This document shows, piece after piece, positions 58,595 through 64,000 of a stretch of 64,000 bases of DNA (its first letter is position 1; every line of letters starts with the position of its first letter). The notes under the pieces were generated by a model, which did no database searches, had not been told where the DNA came from, and was given only the letters and a program-made list of their open reading frames with translations. A program made the position numbers and the translations under genes. The DNA lies in NCBI GenBank assembly GCA_041666545.1, contig JBAYGS010000001.1, positions 217,942 through 281,941 on the forward strand, read 5' to 3'. This DNA is from Minisyncoccota bacterium (GTDB lineage Bacteria > Patescibacteriota > Minisyncoccia > Phycocordibacterales > JBAYGS01).

Positions 58595-60277
58595 TCAGGT
58601 CTTAAGTTTGAGCGAAATTTCGTGGCACTGCTTTAAAATCTTTTCAGCTTTAGCTTTATCACCCAAAACTTCGGCTTCTCTCAATTCGACCATGGCCGCA
58701 CTTAGCTCTGACCTTAGGTTTTCCTTATAAAACTCACTGAACAACTCCGCGACTTCTCGATCCAATTTATTGGCATCAGCATAGGCCACTTCGGCCTCAA
58801 AGGATAACTCGGTTGCTTTCTTCTCATAAAACTTATCTACCTCCGCAAATTTTTCGACCCCTAAAATTTCCTTAAATTTTTGTTCCATCTCGGCAACCGA
58901 GATTAACGGTGTCGCGGCCAATCTCTGCCAATAAAGAATCGCAATTAGGCGTTTGCCGATATAATTTTTGCGAGTGACTTTTGGACCTTCCGCCACCTCC
59001 TCCTTTTCGATCTGCCTTTCTTCCTGATGCCTGACCTTGCCCAAATCTTCCCAGACGGCCTCTTCTTTCACCCCGAGTGCCCTGGCAACTTTGGCAACGG
59101 CTTGGGACTTCTCAATCGCGCTCTCCAAAAATGCTACATAAGGTAAAACTTCCTGACGGACTGCCTTAACTTTGTCGCGGCCACCTTTTTCAATCGCTCG
59201 CTTTAGGGCAAAATCAATTACATCAGTGCTTTCTTTGATGACCTTTTTCCAAGCCTCTTTGTCTTTAAGAATGAGCGAGGCCGGATCCTCGTCGGCCGGC
59301 AAATTGGCAACTTTCACCTCAAACCCCCTTTCCAGAGCCAGTTGGGTGCTTCTTAGGGCCGCTTTATAACCCGCACCATCAGCATCAAAAGCCATGATAA
59401 TTCTTGATGACAGCCGATTCAAAAGAACCAATTGTTCTTCGGAGAGCGCTGTGCCAGAAGAAGCTACTGTGTTGATAAATCCGGCCTGGTGGGACATTAG
59501 TAAATCCATCTGCCCCTCAACCAAAATAGAATAATTAAGAGTCCGAATCTGCTGTTTCGCCTTATCAAAGCCAAAAAATATTTTCGATTTGGTGAAAAGC
59601 GGAGTTTCCGGACTATTGAGATACTTGGCCGACTTGCCGTCGTCGTGAAGAATTCGGCCGGAAAAAGCCACAACCCGACTGGAAGCATCACAAATCGGAA
59701 AAGCAATCCGGTCTCGGAAGGTGTCATAGACTCGGCCTTCAGATTTCTTAACCAAACCGGCCCTAAGCAAGATTTCCTCGCTAAACTTTCGACCCGCAAG
59801 CTCGTGCTCAAGAGTGTGCCAATCATTTAACGCGTATCCCAGCCGGAAGTCCGAGATAGTCTTTTCGGTCAATCCCCTTTTTAAGAGATAATCTTTCGCT
59901 TCAGAATTTTGCACCAAATTTTCTTCATAAAACTTGGCCGCTTCCTCCATTGCCTCAAACAATTTTTCTCTTTCATCTTTAACGGCGGGATTTTCAAAAA
60001 CCACCGGCACTCCCGCGCGTTCACCCAAAAGCTTCAAGGCGCCAACAAAATCCAGACCGTCAATTTGCTGAACAAAACTGAAAATATCACCTTTCGCCCC
60101 GCAACCGAAGCAGTAGTAAGTTCCGCGATCCGGCGACACGAAAAAAGACGGCGTTTTTTCATTGTGAAATGGGCACCGGCCTTTTAGATTGGCGCCGGCG
60201 CGCGTCAGCTTCACATATGGCTCAACCACATCTTCAATCGAGAGCCGCTCTTTAATTTTTGAAGCGGTACTGCTCAT
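58595..60277 (-). CDS. dnaG: DNA primase
   Basis: CPFH zinc-binding domain, KYLNSPET and TOPRIM motifs EG..D and FDAD. Confidence 0.97.
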   Translation of the reverse strand: MSSTASKIKERLSIEDVVEPYVKLTRAGANLKGRCPFHNEKTPSFFVSPDRGTYYCFGCGAKGDIFSFVQQIDGLDFVGALKLLGERAGVPVVFENPAVKDEREKLFEAMEEAAKFYEENLVQNSEAKDYLLKRGLTEKTISDFRLGYALNDWHTLEHELAGRKFSEEILLRAGLVKKSEGRVYDTFRDRIAFPICDASSRVVAFSGRILHDDGKSAKYLNSPETPLFTKSKIFFGFDKAKQQIRTLNYSILVEGQMDLLMSHQAGFINTVASSGTALSEEQLVLLNRLSSRIIMAFDADGAGYKAALRSTQLALERGFEVKVANLPADEDPASLILKDKEAWKKVIKESTDVIDFALKRAIEKGGRDKVKAVRQEVLPYVAFLESAIEKSQAVAKVARALGVKEEAVWEDLGKVRHQEERQIEKEEVAEGPKVTRKNYIGKRLIAILYWQRLAATPLISVAEMEQKFKEILGVEKFAEVDKFYEKKATELSFEAEVAYADANKLDREVAELFSEFYKENLRSELSAAMVELREAEVLGDKAKAEKILKQCHEISLKLKT

Positions 60278-60309
60278 TTAATAGATTTTAACCGACCCGA
60301 AAACTCCTA

Positions 60310-63300
60310 CTAGTAGGCTTCGCCACTACCGTCAAAATAATCTTCTCGCACTTCCTGTTTAATGCTTCGAAGCATAATTTCTTTTGGACTGCCACGGAAA
60401 CCGGTACCGGCTGGAATCAAGCGGCCAAGGATAACATTTTCTTTCAGACCGGCGAGATGATCGACACTGCCCCGAACGGCACTCGAGATCAAAACTCGGC
60501 TGGTGTGTTGGAAGGAAGCCGCCGACAAGAAACTGCGTCGTGACAAGGAAACTTCGGTAATACCCATGACCACCGAATCAGCCTTGGCTTCGAGTAAATT
60601 CTTTTCTTTAATCTCGTCATTGACTTGGCTAAGGTGTCGATTCTCGATGACATCACCCACTGAAAATTCGCTGTCACCGGCTTCTTTGACTCGCTTTCGC
60701 GAGAACATCTGACGAACAATGATTTCGATGTGTCGACGAGCTACTCGTTCACCCTGCAATTCATAAAGTTTGGAAACTTCGCTAATGATATAGCTTTCGG
60801 CTCGTTCTTTGCCGGCATATTTGAAGACTTCGTCGATATCAGCCGAACCGTCGGTGATAATATCGCCCTTCAAAACTTTGTCGCCAACTTTAACCAAAGG
60901 CATGCGTTTGTAGTGAACGAGATACTCAACTTCGGCTTTCTTCTTAGTTTTGCTCTTATCATGAATTTCCGGGGTGACAACAATAATCTTCTCCTTACCG
61001 TCAGTTTTGATTTCTGTGACCATTCCATCAACCCGATTCACCACGGCCGGATTTTTCGGACTGCGTTTTTCAAAGACTTCCTCGACTCGAGGCAGACCTT
61101 GAGTGATGTCGCCACCAACTGAAGCGGTACCACCGGCGTGGAAAGTACGCATAGTAAGTTGAGTTCCCGGCTCACCAATCGCTTGAGCAGCCACAGTACC
61201 GACAGCCTCACCCAATTCTACCGGTTTGCCTTTACCAAGATCCAAGCCATAACACTTGGCACAAATACCTTGAGAGGTTTTGCAGGTCAAAGGCGAGCGT
61301 ACTTTAACTTCTGTAATTTGAGCGTCCTCAATTTCTTGCGCCTCGACTTTAGTCAGCAAATGCCCCTTTTTGAAAAGCACTTTGCCATTATGAACCAAAT
61401 CATCTGGTAGAAATCTACCCTTGATGCTCTTGGCAATTGAGACATCCATACCAAGAGAAAGGTCTTTCCTGATAATTGCACCCTCTTTGGTACCGCAATC
61501 ATCTTCAGTAATAATCACATCGTGAGCCACATCGAAAAGGCGTCGGGTTAGATAACCGGCTTTGGCGGTGTTTAGAGCGGTGTCAGTCAGACCCTTTCGA
61601 GAACCGTGGGTTGTAATGAAGTATTCAATCGGAGTAAGACCTTCCTTCATACAAGAAAGAATCGGGAATTCGATAGTTTCACCGCTCGTGCTCTGAATCA
61701 AACCTTTCATACCAACCATTTGGGTGATGTTGCCGAGTGAACCTCGAGCACCGGATTCCACCATGTCATGAACCGGGCCATTCTGATCCAAACTGTTAGG
61801 AATAACTTTTTCCAGCTCGGTTTTAGCAGACTGCCAAATTTCAATATTGATTCGGCGCTTTTCTTCCTCGGAGAGCAGACCTTCATTAAATTGCTCCTTA
61901 ACTTCGCTGGCTTTCTTTTTGGCTTTCGCGACAATCTCGGTTTTCTCCTCTGGGATCATAACATCGTCAATGCCCCAAGTGACACCCGAAACCGTAGCGT
62001 ATTTGAAACCGAAAGCTTTGATCCGGTCGAGAATTTCCGGAGTTTTGTCGATACCATAACGACCCATGACATCATCAATAATCTTAGCTAGAGCCTTCTT
62101 ATTGATTTCTTTATTGATATAAGGGTAGTCTTCGGGTAGTACGCCGTTAAATAACAGTCGGCCAACTGAGGTCTCGAAAATTTCGCCATTGAAGCCACTG
62201 AACTTTTTGCTGTCATTGGCCAAGATTTTAATTTTTGAGCGGATACCGACAACACCGTAGGTTCGAGCGGTAATCGCGCTGTTTGGTCCTGGGAAAATTT
62301 TGCCCTCACCCAAACCGTTTTCCTCCAACTTGGTCATCCAGTAACACCCGAAAATAATGTCGAGCAATTTAGCGGAGATGATTGGGTCACCAGATCCCGG
62401 TTTCAGGATGTTTTTGTCCGAGGCCATAATTTCTCTGGCTTCCATTTGAGCTTCTTTGGACAACGGCACATGAACGGCCATTTGGTCACCGTCGAAGTCG
62501 GCGTTGAAAGCGGTACAAACCAACGGGTGAACCTGGATGGCGTTGCCTTCAATCAGAATCGGCTGAAAGGCCTGAATACCAAGGCGGTGCAAAGTCGGCG
62601 CTCGGTTTAGGAGCACATACTTGTCTTTAATAATATCTTCCAAAATGGCCCAAACCTCCGGCACTCCTTCGTCGATCAAGCGACCAGCACCTCTAATGTT
62701 ATAAGCCAATTCTTTCTCCAAAATCTTTGAAATAACGAATGGTCGGAAAAGCTCTAGTGCCATGTGCTTTGGCAAGCCACACTGATTTAGGCGCAAGGTC
62801 GGACCAACCACAATGACGGATCGACCGGAATAGTCGACTCGTTTACCCAAGAGATTACCTCTTAGCAATCCGCGCTTGCCTTTCAGGTTGTCGGCCAAAG
62901 ATTTGAGCGGTCGCTTTTGAGCTTGGCTTAAAGCGCCGGCCGAATTACTACCGTGTCTGATTGAGTTGTCCAAAAGCGAATCTACCGCTTCTTGTAGAAT
63001 TCTTTTTTCGTTTCGCAAAATAACCTCCGGCGCACTGATTTCCTTGAGCTTTTGTAATCGATTGTTTCGATTGATAACTCGTCGGTAAAGATCGTTCACA
63101 TCAGAAGTGGCATAGCGACCACCATCAAGCGCCACCATCGGTCGAAGGGCCGGCGGGATAACCGGAATGCTGGTTAGAAACATCCACTCTGGCCTGACGC
63201 CCGAGCGCACCATGGATTTAACCAACGAAACTCGCTTCTGCAATTTTTCGCGCTCAGCCGCACTCACAGTTTCAAGTTGTTCAGTGACTGTCACCAACAA

Positions 63301-63999
63301 TTTTTTCAAATCAATACCCTTGAGCAAGTTGAAGACCGCCTCGGCGCCGATTGAAGCTTCAAATAAACCGCCGTATTTAACTGAATATTTGTGATAAGTG
63401 ACTTCGTCGATAATTGCCCCCTCTTTAACATCTTCGATTTCTTTCTTGGTGGTAAGCAAAAGCTCTTTTAGGGCTTCCTTGGTCTTTTCATCGTTAACCG
63501 ACTTAACTTTGCTCTTGTATTCGGAATCCAATTCTTTTAGCACCCGCTCTTTTTGAGCCGGCACAACTTTGGTGATGATGTAGCTGGCAAAATAGATAAC
63601 CTTCTCCAATTCGGCGGCCGGCATACCCAAAATCAAACCGATTCGAGATGGCATACTGCGCAAGAACCAAATATGAGAAACCGGCGAGGCCAATTCGATA
63701 TGACCCATGCGCTCCCGTCTCACAATTGAACGAGTAATTTCAACCCCACACTTCTCGCAGACAATTCCTTTATAACGGATACCTCGGTACTTTCCGCAGT
63801 AACATTCATGGTCTCGATCCGGGCCGAAAATTTTCTCGTCGAAAAGACCGCTCTTCTCGCTTCTTTGAGTTCGGTAATTGATAGTTTCCGGCTTGGTGAC
63901 TTCCCCGTGTGACCACTCTTTGATTCTCTCCGGCGAGGCCAGACGCAACGCGACGGCATTGAAATCTAGGAGGTCTTCTTTTTTAATTTGTTTTAACAT
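60310..63999 (-). CDS. rpoC: RNA polymerase beta' subunit
   Basis: [22 protein letters not shown] and [10 protein letters not shown] motifs. Confidence 0.99.
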   Translation of the reverse strand: MLKQIKKEDLLDFNAVALRLASPERIKEWSHGEVTKPETINYRTQRSEKSGLFDEKIFGPDRDHECYCGKYRGIRYKGIVCEKCGVEITRSIVRRERMGHIELASPVSHIWFLRSMPSRIGLILGMPAAELEKVIYFASYIITKVVPAQKERVLKELDSEYKSKVKSVNDEKTKEALKELLLTTKKEIEDVKEGAIIDEVTYHKYSVKYGGLFEASIGAEAVFNLLKGIDLKKLLVTVTEQLETVSAAEREKLQKRVSLVKSMVRSGVRPEWMFLTSIPVIPPALRPMVALDGGRYATSDVNDLYRRVINRNNRLQKLKEISAPEVILRNEKRILQEAVDSLLDNSIRHGSNSAGALSQAQKRPLKSLADNLKGKRGLLRGNLLGKRVDYSGRSVIVVGPTLRLNQCGLPKHMALELFRPFVISKILEKELAYNIRGAGRLIDEGVPEVWAILEDIIKDKYVLLNRAPTLHRLGIQAFQPILIEGNAIQVHPLVCTAFNADFDGDQMAVHVPLSKEAQMEAREIMASDKNILKPGSGDPIISAKLLDIIFGCYWMTKLEENGLGEGKIFPGPNSAITARTYGVVGIRSKIKILANDSKKFSGFNGEIFETSVGRLLFNGVLPEDYPYINKEINKKALAKIIDDVMGRYGIDKTPEILDRIKAFGFKYATVSGVTWGIDDVMIPEEKTEIVAKAKKKASEVKEQFNEGLLSEEEKRRINIEIWQSAKTELEKVIPNSLDQNGPVHDMVESGARGSLGNITQMVGMKGLIQSTSGETIEFPILSCMKEGLTPIEYFITTHGSRKGLTDTALNTAKAGYLTRRLFDVAHDVIITEDDCGTKEGAIIRKDLSLGMDVSIAKSIKGRFLPDDLVHNGKVLFKKGHLLTKVEAQEIEDAQITEVKVRSPLTCKTSQGICAKCYGLDLGKGKPVELGEAVGTVAAQAIGEPGTQLTMRTFHAGGTASVGGDITQGLPRVEEVFEKRSPKNPAVVNRVDGMVTEIKTDGKEKIIVVTPEIHDKSKTKKKAEVEYLVHYKRMPLVKVGDKVLKGDIITDGSADIDEVFKYAGKERAESYIISEVSKLYELQGERVARRHIEIIVRQMFSRKRVKEAGDSEFSVGDVIENRHLSQVNDEIKEKNLLEAKADSVVMGITEVSLSRRSFLSAASFQHTSRVLISSAVRGSVDHLAGLKENVILGRLIPAGTGFRGSPKEIMLRSIKQEVREDYFDGSGEAY

Positions 64000-64000
64000 G

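Noticed and set aside
1-64000. Alternative genetic code (TGA read as Gly or Trp)
   Set aside because: Conserved genes read through intact in code 11, and TGA serves as a stop (coaB, dnaG, the AAA ATPase).

Overview
The window looks like chromosome from a small-genome bacterium, most likely Patescibacteria/CPR (Parcubacteria-like). This is inferred from the compact rpoD and dnaG, the gene order and the repeat types; no search was run. The housekeeping backbone is priA (partial), def, fmt, cyclophilin, hpf, tlyA, truB, an ECF sigma factor, a MacAB-type exporter, hisS, dsbA, a UvrD/AddA helicase-nuclease, rpoD, dnaG and rpoC. It is interspersed with many orphan genes that each carry their own promoter, Shine-Dalgarno (SD) site and terminator. 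Highlights: (1) a tRNA-Asn(GUU) split by a 210-nt group I intron, preceded by a frameshifted HNH gene and followed by ~202-bp palindromic modules built from the tRNA 3' end; (2) a 12-kb minus-strand locus with two substrate-binding protein (SBP)-OmpA fusions, a vWA lipoprotein, an ARC/Mpa-like AAA ATPase, XpaC-like and TelA genes, and a NitT/TauT ABC transporter; (3) a ParB-N / HTH / GHKL(MORC-like) trio; (4) an amidohydrolase-coaB-coaC operon; (5) several non-coding systems: a recurrent CC-UAA/C-GG hairpin motif in leaders, a MITE inserted at -35 boxes, a nested palindromic repeat present in empty and filled forms, a leader-peptide attenuator and a candidate ~205-nt ncRNA. All calls come from manual reading.
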